The notes: generated by a model not told the origin, from the sequence alone. DNA of 64,000 nucleotides from an uncultured Clostridia bacterium (GCA_947631015.1 CANRJS010000002.1:1726-65725); one strand, 5' to 3'. Counted from the first letter of the stretch, positions 48,785-59,301 are shown. Numbers and translations are program-made.

Positions 48785-50683
48785 TCACTCCGCCGGCATC
48801 CAGACGCGCATCTGGTTTACGCCTCGGTTTGCCCAGGTGTAGTAAGGAACGGCGCGCGCCGTCACCGGCGTCCTTTTCGGTTCCGCCGAGGTGTAGAGCG
48901 CGCCGGAGTCCTCCGTGCGGAGCGCCTCTGCGGATATCGCCGCCGTGCCGCCGAGCATATCCGGGTCGAATTTCTCCGCGCGGAGGCGTCCCCCGCGCCG
49001 CAGCGCAAGCGACAGCACGTCGCCTCCGTTGTCCGCTCCCTCGAAGCAATAGACGAGCGGCCCGCGCTCGACGGCGACTTTTCCCGAAAGCGCCGGGACC
49101 TTCGGCGAGGCGTAGACGTACCTCGGAGCGTCGTCGAGCGTGACGGTTATGCGGTCGCCGTCCTCCGAGTCGATATAGACGTATCCCTTCTCCGGCTCGC
49201 AGACAAACTCCTGCCCGTTGAGCTCCACAGAGAACTTATTCCGGCTCCAGCCGGGTATCCTTACCGCTATTCTGCCGCCGCTGCGGACGTCGTAGCGCAC
49301 CTCGAAGCCGTAGGGGTACCCGGTCGAACACTCGAGCGATACGCCGTTTGCAAACTCCACCTCGCCCGCGAGGAACATATTGCAGAACGCGGTGTCGTGC
49401 GTCTCGCCGTAGGCGTACTTGCCGAGCGACGCTATCAGCCGCGCCGCGTTCGGCGGGCAGCATGCGCAGGCAAACCAGCCCGGCCGCTCACAGAGGACGT
49501 GCCGCTCGGTCGCAGCCGAGCCGCTTATTCCGGGCACGCACTCGAGCGGGTTGACGTAGAAGAACCTCCTTCCGTCAAGCGACATCCCCGCAAGGACGGT
49601 GTTGTAGAAGGCGCGCTCCATCACGTCGGCGTACTCGCCGTCGTGGTCGCGTTCGAGCATGCGCATGGCAAAGAATATCAGTCCCACCGAGGCGCAGGTC
49701 TCGGCGTATGCGGTGTCGCCCGGGAGGTCGTAGTCGACGGTGAACGCCTCGCCGTGGACGGTCGAGCCGACGCCGCCGGTGACGTACACCCTCTTTTGCG
49801 TGACGCTCTCCCAGAGACGGCGGCAGGCGGTGGAAAGCTCCGCGTCGCCGGTCTCGGCGGCGACGTCCGCCATCCCGCTGTAGAGGTACATCGCGCGGAC
49901 GGCGTGACCCACGGCGTCCTGCTGCTCGCGCACCGGCGCGTGGGACTGCTGGTACTCGCGGTCGGCGGCGTCGTTTCCCCAGACCTCCCAATCGCGCTCC
50001 CTTGCCTCGCGCTCGAAGTAGTACGGCTCGCGTCCGCGCGCGTCAATAAAGTGTTTCGCGAGCTCGAGGAGCTTCCGCTCCCCCGTCGCGCGGTACATCC
50101 GCACGAGCGCGAGCTCGACCTCCGGGTGGCCGGAGTATCCGTCGCGCCCCTCCTCGACAAAATGCCGGTAGATGTGCAGGGCGCACTTCGTCATGACGTC
50201 GAGGAGCTTCCTCTTGCCGGTTGCCTCAAAGTATGCGGCGGCGGCCTCCATCATGTGCCCCATGCAGTAGAGTTCGTGCGCCTCGAGAAGGTCCGTCCAG
50301 CGCTTCTCGCGGTCCTTTATCGTGAAGCGCGTGTCGAGGTATCCGTCCTCATCCTGCGCCGCCGCTATGATGTCGATAAACGCGTCCGCCTCGCGCTCGA
50401 GCTCGTCCGACGGAAAGACCGCGAGCGAGTACGCCGCCGCCTCGAGCCACTTCGCGGCGTCGCTGTCCTGAAAGACCATGCCCCGGAAGCCGTCGCCCGT
50501 GTTCTCGCCGCGCAGAGCCTTTCCGGCGTTGATGAAGTTCCGTATCGCGTGGCTCTCCTCCGCGCCGGGGACGGCGTCGCGCAGTATGTCGTACTGATAG
50601 GGTATGACGGTGTCCGCCACGAGCCTCTGGTACTTCTCCGCAAACCCCGCCGGGCGGTACGCCGAAATATGTATCTGTCTCAT
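48785..50683 (-). CDS. Glycoside hydrolase family 127 (beta-L-arabinofuranosidase-like)
   Basis: HELY, GHAVR, ETCAS, CACCPPN. Confidence 0.9.
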   Translation of the reverse strand: MRQIHISAYRPAGFAEKYQRLVADTVIPYQYDILRDAVPGAEESHAIRNFINAGKALRGENTGDGFRGMVFQDSDAAKWLEAAAYSLAVFPSDELEREADAFIDIIAAAQDEDGYLDTRFTIKDREKRWTDLLEAHELYCMGHMMEAAAAYFEATGKRKLLDVMTKCALHIYRHFVEEGRDGYSGHPEVELALVRMYRATGERKLLELAKHFIDARGREPYYFEREARERDWEVWGNDAADREYQQSHAPVREQQDAVGHAVRAMYLYSGMADVAAETGDAELSTACRRLWESVTQKRVYVTGGVGSTVHGEAFTVDYDLPGDTAYAETCASVGLIFFAMRMLERDHDGEYADVMERAFYNTVLAGMSLDGRRFFYVNPLECVPGISGSAATERHVLCERPGWFACACCPPNAARLIASLGKYAYGETHDTAFCNMFLAGEVEFANGVSLECSTGYPYGFEVRYDVRSGGRIAVRIPGWSRNKFSVELNGQEFVCEPEKGYVYIDSEDGDRITVTLDDAPRYVYASPKVPALSGKVAVERGPLVYCFEGADNGGDVLSLALRRGGRLRAEKFDPDMLGGTAAISAEALRTEDSGALYTSAEPKRTPVTARAVPYYTWANRGVNQMRVWMPAE

Positions 50684-50707
50684 CCGTTTCTCCTCCGTGG
50701 GAAGCGA

Positions 50708-51976
50708 CTATTTTGTCTGCATCGAGAGCCATTCGAGCAGGCTCACTTCTTTTCCGTCCGCCGTGACCGGACGCCCGTCGTAGTCCAGGCGGCAGTCGTC
50801 GTTGAACACCGGTATCCACGCGAAGTGACCGAGGTACTCGAACGGTTTGCCGTCCGGCCCCCGGAAGCCCTCGTGTATGTCCTCGATCTTCGGCCAGAAG
50901 GTGAAGTGTACGTTCCTCGCCCCGGCGTCGATAAGGCGCCTGTAAGTCGCCTCGACGGTCGTCTCCGGCTTCACGACGGGGTCGTTCTTCGCGTGTGTGA
51001 ACCATATCGGCAGATGCACGATCTTTTCAAGCGCCTCGTCGGTTATCGTTCCGTCGTAGAGCGCTTCGCAGACCGGGAAGGCGGCGGCGAAGAAGTCGGG
51101 ATAGTCGAGTATCATCCGCATCGTCATAAAGCCGCCGTTGCTGTCTCCGCCGATGTATATGCGGCTGCGGTCTACGGCCGGGTTCTTTTCGACGAACTCA
51201 TCTATACACGCCTTCAGCGCTTCGACATACATGCTCTTACCCGACTGTCCGTACTGCCCGGAGCCGTCGTTCATCCAGAAGGTTTTCGTCTGAGGCACAA
51301 GGATGTATGCTCCGCCGAAGGACTTCTGTATTTTCTCTCCGGCGAACGCCGTCACCTTGTTTGCGGTGTAGGCTATCGTCGCGTCGACGCCGCCCTCGCC
51401 CGCGCCGTGCAGCCATACGATGAGCGGGTGCTTCTCCCCCGGCGTCTGCGGCACGAAGTAGCCGTAGTTCAGCGGCTCGGGCGCGTAGGACGAGGTCGAG
51501 TTGAGGAAGCCCTCCGCGTCCGGGCAGAAGTCGCCGAGGGGATAGTCCCAGCAGAGCCCGCCGAGAGCTCCGGCGTCCGACTCGAGCTTTGCCGTCTGCG
51601 TGACGGTGTAGCGCATCTTCACATAGACGTTGAGGCCGTTCGGCGCGGATATGCGGCTCGAGAGCTGCGTCATCGGGCCGTAGGCCGTCTCGAGCGTGAC
51701 GAACTCACCGGCGTCCGCCCTGTTCCCTTCGATGTCCGACGGATACGCCGCGAGGACGGGAATATAGCCCCGGCTCGGCTCCCTGTCGTCCCGTGCCATC
51801 CAACTCTTCGGCAGCAGGAGCGCGTCGCCCTTCTCGTCCATCCGCTCGACGTAGACCGAGAACTTCTCCGGCAACGTCTCCTCCGCCTTCACGCTGCCGG
51901 GGACCGGCAGTATCACCTTCGTCACATACGGCCCGTAGTCGGTGACGCGCGTAAGAGTGTAGTAACCTCTGCTCAT
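50708..51976 (-). CDS. Esterase with N-terminal Ig-like domain (Thermotoga EstA-like)
   Basis: PLIVWLHGAGEGG, GDSNGG elbow, HAKND, GHFAW. Confidence 0.75.
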   Translation of the reverse strand: MSRGYYTLTRVTDYGPYVTKVILPVPGSVKAEETLPEKFSVYVERMDEKGDALLLPKSWMARDDREPSRGYIPVLAAYPSDIEGNRADAGEFVTLETAYGPMTQLSSRISAPNGLNVYVKMRYTVTQTAKLESDAGALGGLCWDYPLGDFCPDAEGFLNSTSSYAPEPLNYGYFVPQTPGEKHPLIVWLHGAGEGGVDATIAYTANKVTAFAGEKIQKSFGGAYILVPQTKTFWMNDGSGQYGQSGKSMYVEALKACIDEFVEKNPAVDRSRIYIGGDSNGGFMTMRMILDYPDFFAAAFPVCEALYDGTITDEALEKIVHLPIWFTHAKNDPVVKPETTVEATYRRLIDAGARNVHFTFWPKIEDIHEGFRGPDGKPFEYLGHFAWIPVFNDDCRLDYDGRPVTADGKEVSLLEWLSMQTK

Positions 51977-52094
51977 CTAAAAATACCTCCCTGTCGGCGG
52001 GCATTCCGCCGGAAAATTCTTCGGGCGCACGACCCGCATATTACTTGACCTAATTATATCACCGGAAATACTGACGCTCAATATCCGCGTATAC

Positions 52095-52131
52095 AAAAAT
52101 GCGCGGGGATGCAGTTCCCCGCGCATTTTGC
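52095..52131 (-). terminator. Terminator after the dfgB-like gene
   Basis: AAAATGCGCGGGGA/TCCCCGCGCATTTT. Confidence 0.8.
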
Positions 52132-52133
52132 TT

Positions 52134-52574
52134 TTACACTATGATAAGCGTCCGCTCGTTGACGTGGTGGCCGAACTCCGGCAGGATGACGAAGTTCTCC
52201 TTGTCCGGGTCAAGCGACTCCTGCATCATCGGCGGCATATAGCTTGAGGTGAAGCAGTAGCCGTATTTGAGGTGATGATACCCCTGCGACAGTCCGCCCG
52301 GCTTCTTCACCTTGAGGACGGCGAGGTCGGTGGGCGTCCAGTGCGTCCTGAAGTCGACTGCCATCTCCTCGTTAGTGTAGTCTTCTCCGCCGAGGCACCA
52401 CACGATGTTCTCCTTCTCTATTTTCTCCCCGTCCACAAAGAGCGTGCCGGGACGGAGCTGGCTTAAGTACACGCCGCGATAGTACGGAAGCCGCACCTTG
52501 AACTGGAACCCGGTTATCTCTCCGTTCTCCTTTATGTTGCGGAAGCCTACCGACTGAATAACTTCTCTTTCCAT
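52134..52574 (-). CDS. dfgB: C-glycoside deglycosidase beta subunit (DUF6379; DfgB/DgpB-like)
   Basis: GFRNI..GEITGFQFKVRLPYYRG..LS, KPGGL..GYH, SYMP; adjacent to its TIM-barrel partner. Confidence 0.85.
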   Translation of the reverse strand: MEREVIQSVGFRNIKENGEITGFQFKVRLPYYRGVYLSQLRPGTLFVDGEKIEKENIVWCLGGEDYTNEEMAVDFRTHWTPTDLAVLKVKKPGGLSQGYHHLKYGYCFTSSYMPPMMQESLDPDKENFVILPEFGHHVNERTLIIV

Positions 52575-52583
52575 ACTCTCCTC

Positions 52584-53456
52584 CTAGTCTCCGATGAGCC
52601 GTTTCAGCATGATGTGCTGCTTTCTGAGGGTCGCGCCGACCTCGTAGCCGGGGTCGTACTTGTCCGCGCCCTCGTACTCGCTGAGCAGGTACCCGTCCCA
52701 GCCGTGGTCCTGAAGGATCTTCACTATCTCGGGATAGGGTATTGTAGTCTCCTCGAAGTCGTCCGACATGTGTATGAACTTCGCGTGGCAGCAGTAGATG
52801 TACGGCAGCAGCGGGATGATGTCCTCCGGCTCGTTCGCCTTGTACTGCGGGTCGACCCACTCTCCCTCGCCGAAGCGGCTGCGGAACACGCTGAAGTCGA
52901 TGTTGAGCCCGAAGTTCTTCGTGCCGGTCTTGTTGATGAAGTCTACGTACTCCGAGACCATCTTTCCCTTGAGGTTCGAGGGGGTGTGTATCTCGGGGCA
53001 CATCACAATGCCGAGCTCCTCCGCGAGCGGGAGCGCGGCGGAAATTATCTCGCGCCAGTTCTCCACCGGCTCGAGCGCGCCGTTTATGACCGGCATTTTC
53101 GTCCGCATGACGGTAAAGCCGAGGCGGTGCGCAAGGCGCAGGTCGCGGCAGAGCATCTCCACGCTCTCCTCGGTGGTGAGCTCGCGCCCGCCGAGGACGT
53201 GGCTATCTATCCAGTGGCCGTACTCGACCGGGACTATCTCGTACTTGTCGCAGAGGCGGAACCACCTGTCCACCCACTCGTCGGTCGGGTAGGGGTAGTT
53301 CTCAATGTGGGTATTCGCGAGGATCTCGATGCCGTGCGCGCCCATGTCGCACACGTCCTCGAAGCAGTCTTCGAGGTTCTTGGTAAGTCCGAACTCCGCC
53401 GAGTAGCTGTAAAGCGCCACACCGCGCTTCGGACCCTTCCGGTCATAGCGATACAA
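52584..53456 (-). CDS. dfgA: C-glycoside deglycosidase alpha subunit (TIM barrel; DfgA/DgpC-like)
   Basis: [27 protein letters not shown] putative metal ligands; GGAGG RBS before TTG. Confidence 0.85.
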   Translation of the reverse strand: MYRYDRKGPKRGVALYSYSAEFGLTKNLEDCFEDVCDMGAHGIEILANTHIENYPYPTDEWVDRWFRLCDKYEIVPVEYGHWIDSHVLGGRELTTEESVEMLCRDLRLAHRLGFTVMRTKMPVINGALEPVENWREIISAALPLAEELGIVMCPEIHTPSNLKGKMVSEYVDFINKTGTKNFGLNIDFSVFRSRFGEGEWVDPQYKANEPEDIIPLLPYIYCCHAKFIHMSDDFEETTIPYPEIVKILQDHGWDGYLLSEYEGADKYDPGYEVGATLRKQHIMLKRLIGD

Positions 53457-53537
53457 TCAGATTCCTCCCTTTCCTTTTTTCGGCGGCAAAGCGCCGCCCC
53501 GGCAGCCGCGCACCTCCGCAGGTCACGGTATAGTGAT

Positions 53538-53592
53538 ATTATACCCGACTGCGGACTGTATGTCAAATCGTGGCAGTCATTTGCAGTCATTT
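53538..53592 (-). promoter_or_regulatory. dfgAB sigma-A promoter with upstream tandem repeat
   Basis: TTGACA-17-TATAAT; GCAGTCATTT x2 at 53573-53592. Confidence 0.7.
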
Positions 53593-53598
53593 TGCGGC

Positions 53599-53627
53599 AA
53601 AAACCGGAAGCGCGGGGCTTCCGGTTT
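53599..53627 (-). terminator. Terminator of trkAH
   Basis: AAACCGGAAGC/GCTTCCGGTTT. Confidence 0.7.
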
Positions 53628-53630
53628 ATC

Positions 53631-55070
53631 TCAGAATTTCTGCCAGTTTTCCTTTGTGAAGAGCAGCAGGAGCGGGAACAGCTCGAGACGTCCCGCGAGC
53701 ATGTCGAATATCAGCACGAGCTTCGAGAGCGCAGAGTACCCCGCGAAGTTCTGTGCGGGACCGACCGCGCCGAGGCCGGGGCCGATGTTGTTGAGCGTCG
53801 CCGCGACGGCGGTGAAGTTCGAGGTGAAGTCGAACCCGTCAAAGGATATGACGAGCACCGACACCACAAATATCAGTATATACGAGAACATAAAGACGTT
53901 TGTCGAACGCACGACCTCGTGCGCTATCGACTTTCCGTCGAGCGCTATCTTCTTAACGCTCATTGGGTGTAGCAGGCGGCGGAGCTCCTTTCGCATCGTC
54001 TTAAAGAGGATGATACAGCGGGACACCTTCACGCCGCCGCCGGTGCTTCCGGCGCAGGCGCCGATGAACATCAGCAGCACGAGTATCGCCTTGCTTGCCT
54101 CCGGCCAGAGGTCGTAGTTCGTCGTGGTGAAGCCGGTGGTCGTGATTATCGAGCCCACCTGGAAGGAGGCGTGGAGCAGAGCCGTGGAGATGTGCTCGTA
54201 GAGCCCGCGTATGTTTATCGTGATGACGATTATTGCCGTGAGGATGATGCCGGCGTACACCCTCACCTCCTCCATCATGACCGCCCTGCGGAACTTCCGC
54301 ATGAGCAGGAGGAAGTAGAAGTTGAAATTCACGCCGAACATTATCATGAACACCGTGATGACGGTCTGGATGTAGGGCGAATAGCTCGCTATGCTGTCGT
54401 TCCGAACGCCGAAGCCGCCGGTGCCCGCCGTTCCAAAGGATACGGTCACGGCGTCGAACGCGGGCATCCCGCCCGCGAGCAGGAATACTATCTCAAGGAC
54501 GGTGAGGAAGATGTATATCCCGTAGAGTATCTTTGCCGTGGACTGCACCGTCGGCGCGAGCTTTTCCACCTGCGGGCCGGGGCTCTCCGCCTTCATCAGA
54601 TTGACGTGCGAGCCGCCGGAGAGCGACGTTATCGAGAGCAGGAACACGAGCACGCCCATTCCGCCTATCCAGTGCGTGAAGCTCCGCCAGAACAGCAGGC
54701 CGTGGCTCATCGCCTCAACGTCGTAGAGTATGCTCGCGCCGGTGGTCGTGAAGCCGGACACCGTCTCGAATATCGCGTCGACGGGGCTTGCTATCTCCCC
54801 GGATATGAGGAACGGGAGCGAACCCACCACGCTTATCATTATCCACGCGAGCGCGGTTATCGTAAATCCGTCGCGGAGCTGGAGCACGCGGTTTCGCGGC
54901 TTGCGCCGCGAGAGCAGAAATCCCGCGGCGGCGCATACGGCAATGGTGACGCCTATCGCCATGGCGCACCCCTCGCGGTAGATGAGCGCCGTCGCGAGCG
55001 GCAGGAGCAGCAGCACCGCAAGCGTCAGAAGCAGCCGTCCCAGTATGAAAATTATCATCGAAAAGTTCAT
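53631..55070 (-). CDS. trkH: TrkH potassium uptake protein
   Basis: SGFTTTGA, GTGGF, TTTGF and NIGPG pore loops. Confidence 0.95.
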   Translation of the reverse strand: MNFSMIIFILGRLLLTLAVLLLLPLATALIYREGCAMAIGVTIAVCAAAGFLLSRRKPRNRVLQLRDGFTITALAWIMISVVGSLPFLISGEIASPVDAIFETVSGFTTTGASILYDVEAMSHGLLFWRSFTHWIGGMGVLVFLLSITSLSGGSHVNLMKAESPGPQVEKLAPTVQSTAKILYGIYIFLTVLEIVFLLAGGMPAFDAVTVSFGTAGTGGFGVRNDSIASYSPYIQTVITVFMIMFGVNFNFYFLLLMRKFRRAVMMEEVRVYAGIILTAIIVITINIRGLYEHISTALLHASFQVGSIITTTGFTTTNYDLWPEASKAILVLLMFIGACAGSTGGGVKVSRCIILFKTMRKELRRLLHPMSVKKIALDGKSIAHEVVRSTNVFMFSYILIFVVSVLVISFDGFDFTSNFTAVAATLNNIGPGLGAVGPAQNFAGYSALSKLVLIFDMLAGRLELFPLLLLFTKENWQKF

Positions 55071-55083
55071 TGAGACCCCTCTG

Positions 55084-56442
55084 TTATCTGGCAAGAATAC
55101 CGCTTATGTCCTGCATTCCCTGCTCGAGGGTGACGACTATGACCGTGTCCCCCGGCTTTATGACGTCGCGGCCGAACGGGATTATCACCTTTCCGCCCCT
55201 GATGATGCTGCATATACGGAGATTCGGCTTCAGCTTCAGCTCGGAGAGCGGCACGCCGGTGACGGCGGACTCTCCTTCCACGTTGAACTCGAGCGCCTCG
55301 ACGCGGTTGTCGAGTATCCGGTAGAGCGTCTTGACGTTGTTTCCGGCTTGATTTTGGAGGGCGCGGACAGCCTGCACGATGTAGTCGCACACGAGATATT
55401 TGGGGTATACGACGCTGTCTATATCCATGCCGTCGAGCAGGTCGTCAAGCTCGAGCCTGTTGACCTTCGTGACGACCTTCGTAAGCCCGAGCTTTCCTGC
55501 AAAGAACGCGAGCAGTATGTTCTCCTCGTCGATATTCGTAAGCGCCACAAAGGAGTCGGTCTGCGGAAGCCCCGCCTCGATTAGAAACTTCCTGTCGGTG
55601 CCGTCTCCGTGAAGTATCGTCGCCTTCGGCAGGAGCTCGGAGAGACGCTCGCAGCGGCGGAAGTCGCTCTCGACTATCCGCACGCGTATGTCGTGGTCAA
55701 GAAGGTCCTTTGCGAGGTAGTAGCCTATCGTGCCGCCGCCGACTATGAGCGCGCTGCGGACGGCGTGCGTCGGCATGCCGAGCTTTCCGAAGAAGCCGCC
55801 CGCCCTGCCGCTCTGACAGAGTATCGTGACGAGGTCGCCCTCCCTCAGCAAAAATTCGCCGTCCGGGATGACGACGCCGGTCTCGCGCTCGACGGCGCAG
55901 AACAGCGCGTCCGAGCCGAACTTCTTCGACACCTCGCGCAGGCGCAGTCCCTCGAGCCCCTGACCGTGAGTGACGCGGAACTTTATCAGGCGCACCTTGT
56001 CGTCCGCAAAGCTGTCTATCTTGCTTGCCGCCGGGAAGCGGAGCAGGCGCGAGATCTCCTGCGCCGCCGCAAGCTCCGGGTTGATTATCGTGGCTATGCC
56101 AAGCTGCTGCTTGATGAAGTCGAGCTCGCGGCTGTAGAGCGGGTCTCGCACGCGCGCTATCGCGTAGCAGTGCCCGGACTTCCGCGCGAACATACAGCTC
56201 AGAAGGTTCAGCTCGTCCGAGCCGGTGACCGATATGAACACGTCGGCGCGGTCGACCGCCGCCTCCATCAGCGTGTTTATCGAGCAGCCGTTGCCGACGA
56301 TGCCCATGACGTCGAGCTCCTCGCTTATCCGCTCTATCTTGTCCGCGCTGGTGTCTATGACGGTCACGCGGTGCCCTTCGTCGGTGAGCTGCGCCGCGAG
56401 CGCCGTACCGACCTTGCCGCACCCGACAAGTATTACCTGCAT
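55084..56442 (-). CDS. trkA: TrkA potassium transporter RCK subunit
   Basis: Two RCK domains (GCGKVG, GGGTIG). Confidence 0.95.
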   Translation of the reverse strand: MQVILVGCGKVGTALAAQLTDEGHRVTVIDTSADKIERISEELDVMGIVGNGCSINTLMEAAVDRADVFISVTGSDELNLLSCMFARKSGHCYAIARVRDPLYSRELDFIKQQLGIATIINPELAAAQEISRLLRFPAASKIDSFADDKVRLIKFRVTHGQGLEGLRLREVSKKFGSDALFCAVERETGVVIPDGEFLLREGDLVTILCQSGRAGGFFGKLGMPTHAVRSALIVGGGTIGYYLAKDLLDHDIRVRIVESDFRRCERLSELLPKATILHGDGTDRKFLIEAGLPQTDSFVALTNIDEENILLAFFAGKLGLTKVVTKVNRLELDDLLDGMDIDSVVYPKYLVCDYIVQAVRALQNQAGNNVKTLYRILDNRVEALEFNVEGESAVTGVPLSELKLKPNLRICSIIRGGKVIIPFGRDVIKPGDTVIVVTLEQGMQDISGILAR

Positions 56443-56615
56443 AATTCCCTTCTCTTTCCGCCCGCACGAGCGGGCTCGTGGCATATCTTTATCGATGCCG
56501 TTATACCTTTTCGGAAAATCCACGCTCTATTATAGCACCTGGATTCAAAATGTCCATATCTTTTTCGATTTGTGCGGAGGCGGGAGTTCTGTATCGTCTC
56601 TTTATTCCCACACTT

Positions 56616-56662
56616 GTCCGGGTTTTTGTTGTTGCTTGCGGGTTTTGTACGGTGTATATTTA
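56616..56662 (+). promoter_or_regulatory. GH3 promoter with shared 21-bp element
   Basis: TGTCCGGGTTTTTGTTGTTGC overlapping TTGCTT-17-TATATT. Confidence 0.6.
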
Positions 56663-56698
56663 TTGTATGGACACAACGAAACGGAAGGAGCAGACACT

Positions 56699-59089
56699 AT
56701 GGAAAAGTACAGAAACCCGTCGCTGCCGGTTGTCGAAAGAGTGGACGACCTCATCGGCCGTATGACCGTCCGCGAGAAGGTCATGCAGCTCACCTGCGTC
56801 TACGGCTTCGGAGGCATGCTCGACTTCTCCGAGCTCGGGGACGGCATCGGGCAGGTCGCCATGAGCCACGGCTCGCAGACGATGGAGCAAAACGTCGAGC
56901 TTGTCAACCGCGTGCAGAAGCACCTAATTGAAAATACACGCCTCGGCATCCCCGCTCTTTTCCATGTGGAGACGCTGAACGGCGGCGCCCTCACCGGCGC
57001 GACGGTGTACCCCATCCCTCTCGGCCTCGCGGCGTCCTTTGACGACGCGCTCGTACATGAAATGACCTCCGAGATACGCCGCGAGATGACAGCCTGCGGA
57101 CAGAAGCTCGCGCTCGCGCCGGTGCTCGACATCTCGCGTGATCCGCGCTGGGGCCGTCAGGGCGAGACCTACGGTGAAAGTCCGACGCTTGCCGCCGCCA
57201 TGGGCAGCGCATACATAAGCGGCATACAGGGTGGGCTCGGCGAGGACGGAATGGCGTCCTGCGCGAAGCACTTCCTCGGCTACGCCGCAAGCGAGGGCGG
57301 CATAAACATGGCGGGCGCGCACATCGGCCCGCGCGAGCTTCGCGAGGTGTACGCAAAGCCGTTTGCCGCCGCCATTGACAACGCCGGCCTTCAGGGCGTG
57401 ATGAACTGCTACCTCGCGGTGGACGGAGAGCCGGTCACCGGCACGAAGAAGTATCTGACGGAGCTTCTGCGCGACGAGCTCGGATTTGACGGGTGCGTCG
57501 TCGCCGACTACGGCTCGATAGACAAGCTCTTCGACGTCTACCACATCGCCGAGGACTACCCGTCCGCCGGAGCGATGGCGCTGTCGGCAGGTCTCGACGT
57601 CGAGACCCCGCGCCGCATCTGCCTTGACGACGAGTTCATCCGCCGCGTGGAGGCGGGAGAAATTCCCATGGAGACGGTCGACACCGCCCTCCGCCGCCAC
57701 CTGACGCTCAAATTCAAGCTCGGACTTTTTGAAAAGCCCTACGCCGACCTCGAGGCGGCAAAGGCGCTCTGCGGTTCTGAGGCACACACCGCCACATCGC
57801 TCCGCCTCGCGCGCGAGAGCATGACGCTTCTGAAAAACGAGCGCGGGATACTTCCTCTGCGGGACAAGAAGCGCATCGCCGTCGTCGGCCCCAACGCCGA
57901 CAATGTGCGGGCGCTCTTCGGAGGGTACACCTACCCCGCCTTCTACGAGAGCATGAGGGACATCTTCCTCGGCATCAGCGAGACTATGGGTCTCGAGGGC
58001 GTCGGAGGGGACGACGAGCAGATGGCAGCCCTCAAGAATATGCTCTCGTCGCTTCCCGAGGTAAGCGACCTCATACGCCGCGATTACAGGGGCGTGAAAA
58101 CCGTCCTGGAAGCCGTAAGGAGCGCCGCGCCGTCCGGCACGGAAATAGTCTACGCCCGTGGGTGCGGGAACCTCGAGACCGACGACAGCGGCTTTGACGA
58201 GGCCGTCCGCGCGGCGGCGGAGAGCGAGGTCACGCTCTACGTCTGCGGCGGGCGGAACGGCTCCGCCGACGGCTGCACGATGGGTGAGAACGTAGACGCG
58301 AGCCACATCGGCCTGCCGGGGTGCCAGGAAGAGCTTCTCCGCGCGCTTACGGATACCGGCACGCCGCTCGTCGTCGTCCACATGGACGGCAGGCCGCTCT
58401 CGAGCGTCTACGCCTCGGAGCACGCCGCCGCCATACTCGAGGCGTGGCACCCCGGGCAGATGGGCGCCGAAGCCATCGCGGATACGCTTTTCGGAAAGTC
58501 GAACCCCTCGGGGCGGCTCCCGGTGACGGCCGTCCGCCACTCGGGTCAGGTGCCGATATATGCCGAACAGAACCGCGGAAGCGGCGTCCTCGGGCGCGGT
58601 CAGAGCAACAACAACATCACGCAGGGGTATGTGGACGAGCCGGGCTTCCCGCTCTGGCCGTTCGGCCACGGTCTCTCCTACACCTCCTTTGAAATATCCG
58701 GTCTGCGCGTCTCCTCCGGCGAGATGCCGCCGGACGGCAGGGTCACGGTCTCCTGCACCGTGAAAAACACCGGCAATATGACGGGCGCGGACGTCGTCGA
58801 GCTCTGGTTCCGGGACAAGACCGCAAGCGTCGTGCGGCCGAATAAGGAGCTCGCGGGGTTTGCGAGGGTCGAACTCGCTCCGGGTGAGAGCCGCGAGATC
58901 TGCCTTAACTTCTACGCCGACGAGACGGCGTTTCTCGACAGCCGTCTCCGCTGGACGGTCGAGGCGGGCGAGGTCGAGCTTCTTCTGGGCGACACGACCG
59001 AGAGCCTTATGCCGGCGGGGACGGTGCGCATCACCGAGTCGAAAGCGCTCGAAAGCGGCAGGAGGCACTACTTCGCGGAGCGCGCGTGA
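56699..59089 (+). CDS. Glycoside hydrolase family 3 (beta-glucosidase/xylosidase)
   Basis: RDPRWGR, AKHF, ADY nucleophile, FGHGLSYT, C-terminal Fn3-like domain. Confidence 0.93.
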   Translation: MEKYRNPSLPVVERVDDLIGRMTVREKVMQLTCVYGFGGMLDFSELGDGIGQVAMSHGSQTMEQNVELVNRVQKHLIENTRLGIPALFHVETLNGGALTGATVYPIPLGLAASFDDALVHEMTSEIRREMTACGQKLALAPVLDISRDPRWGRQGETYGESPTLAAAMGSAYISGIQGGLGEDGMASCAKHFLGYAASEGGINMAGAHIGPRELREVYAKPFAAAIDNAGLQGVMNCYLAVDGEPVTGTKKYLTELLRDELGFDGCVVADYGSIDKLFDVYHIAEDYPSAGAMALSAGLDVETPRRICLDDEFIRRVEAGEIPMETVDTALRRHLTLKFKLGLFEKPYADLEAAKALCGSEAHTATSLRLARESMTLLKNERGILPLRDKKRIAVVGPNADNVRALFGGYTYPAFYESMRDIFLGISETMGLEGVGGDDEQMAALKNMLSSLPEVSDLIRRDYRGVKTVLEAVRSAAPSGTEIVYARGCGNLETDDSGFDEAVRAAAESEVTLYVCGGRNGSADGCTMGENVDASHIGLPGCQEELLRALTDTGTPLVVVHMDGRPLSSVYASEHAAAILEAWHPGQMGAEAIADTLFGKSNPSGRLPVTAVRHSGQVPIYAEQNRGSGVLGRGQSNNNITQGYVDEPGFPLWPFGHGLSYTSFEISGLRVSSGEMPPDGRVTVSCTVKNTGNMTGADVVELWFRDKTASVVRPNKELAGFARVELAPGESREICLNFYADETAFLDSRLRWTVEAGEVELLLGDTTESLMPAGTVRITESKALESGRRHYFAERA

Positions 59090-59119
59090 CCCCTTTCCTC
59101 AAAACTTTCCGAGCCGCCT

Positions 59120-59176
59120 GCGCCGCTGCGGTATCCGCGCGTCCGACGGGAAGGAAACAGTCGTTAGGCTCCGCAG
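59120..59176 (+). repeat. Degenerate copy of the 3' end of the downstream GH106-like gene
   Basis: Matches 62004-62060 with 20-bp identical core GCGTCCGACGGGAAGGAAAC. Confidence 0.8.
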
Positions 59177-59203
59177 ACGGCTGCCTTTTGTATTTCATAC
59201 ATC

Positions 59204-59249
59204 TGTCCGGGTTTTTGTTGTTGCCCGGTGCTTTTCTCTGATGTATACT
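59204..59249 (+). promoter_or_regulatory. GH106-like gene promoter with shared 21-bp element
   Basis: TGTCCGGGTTTTTGTTGTTGC overlapping TTGCCC-17-TATACT. Confidence 0.6.
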
Positions 59250-59301
59250 AACGGTATGAACAAATCGGGCGCGAGCGCCGTGAAAATAGAGGAGATACGT
59301 A

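Noticed and set aside
56443-56615. c-di-AMP (ydaO) riboswitch upstream of trkA
   Set aside because: No recognisable ydaO motifs, and the leader appears short.
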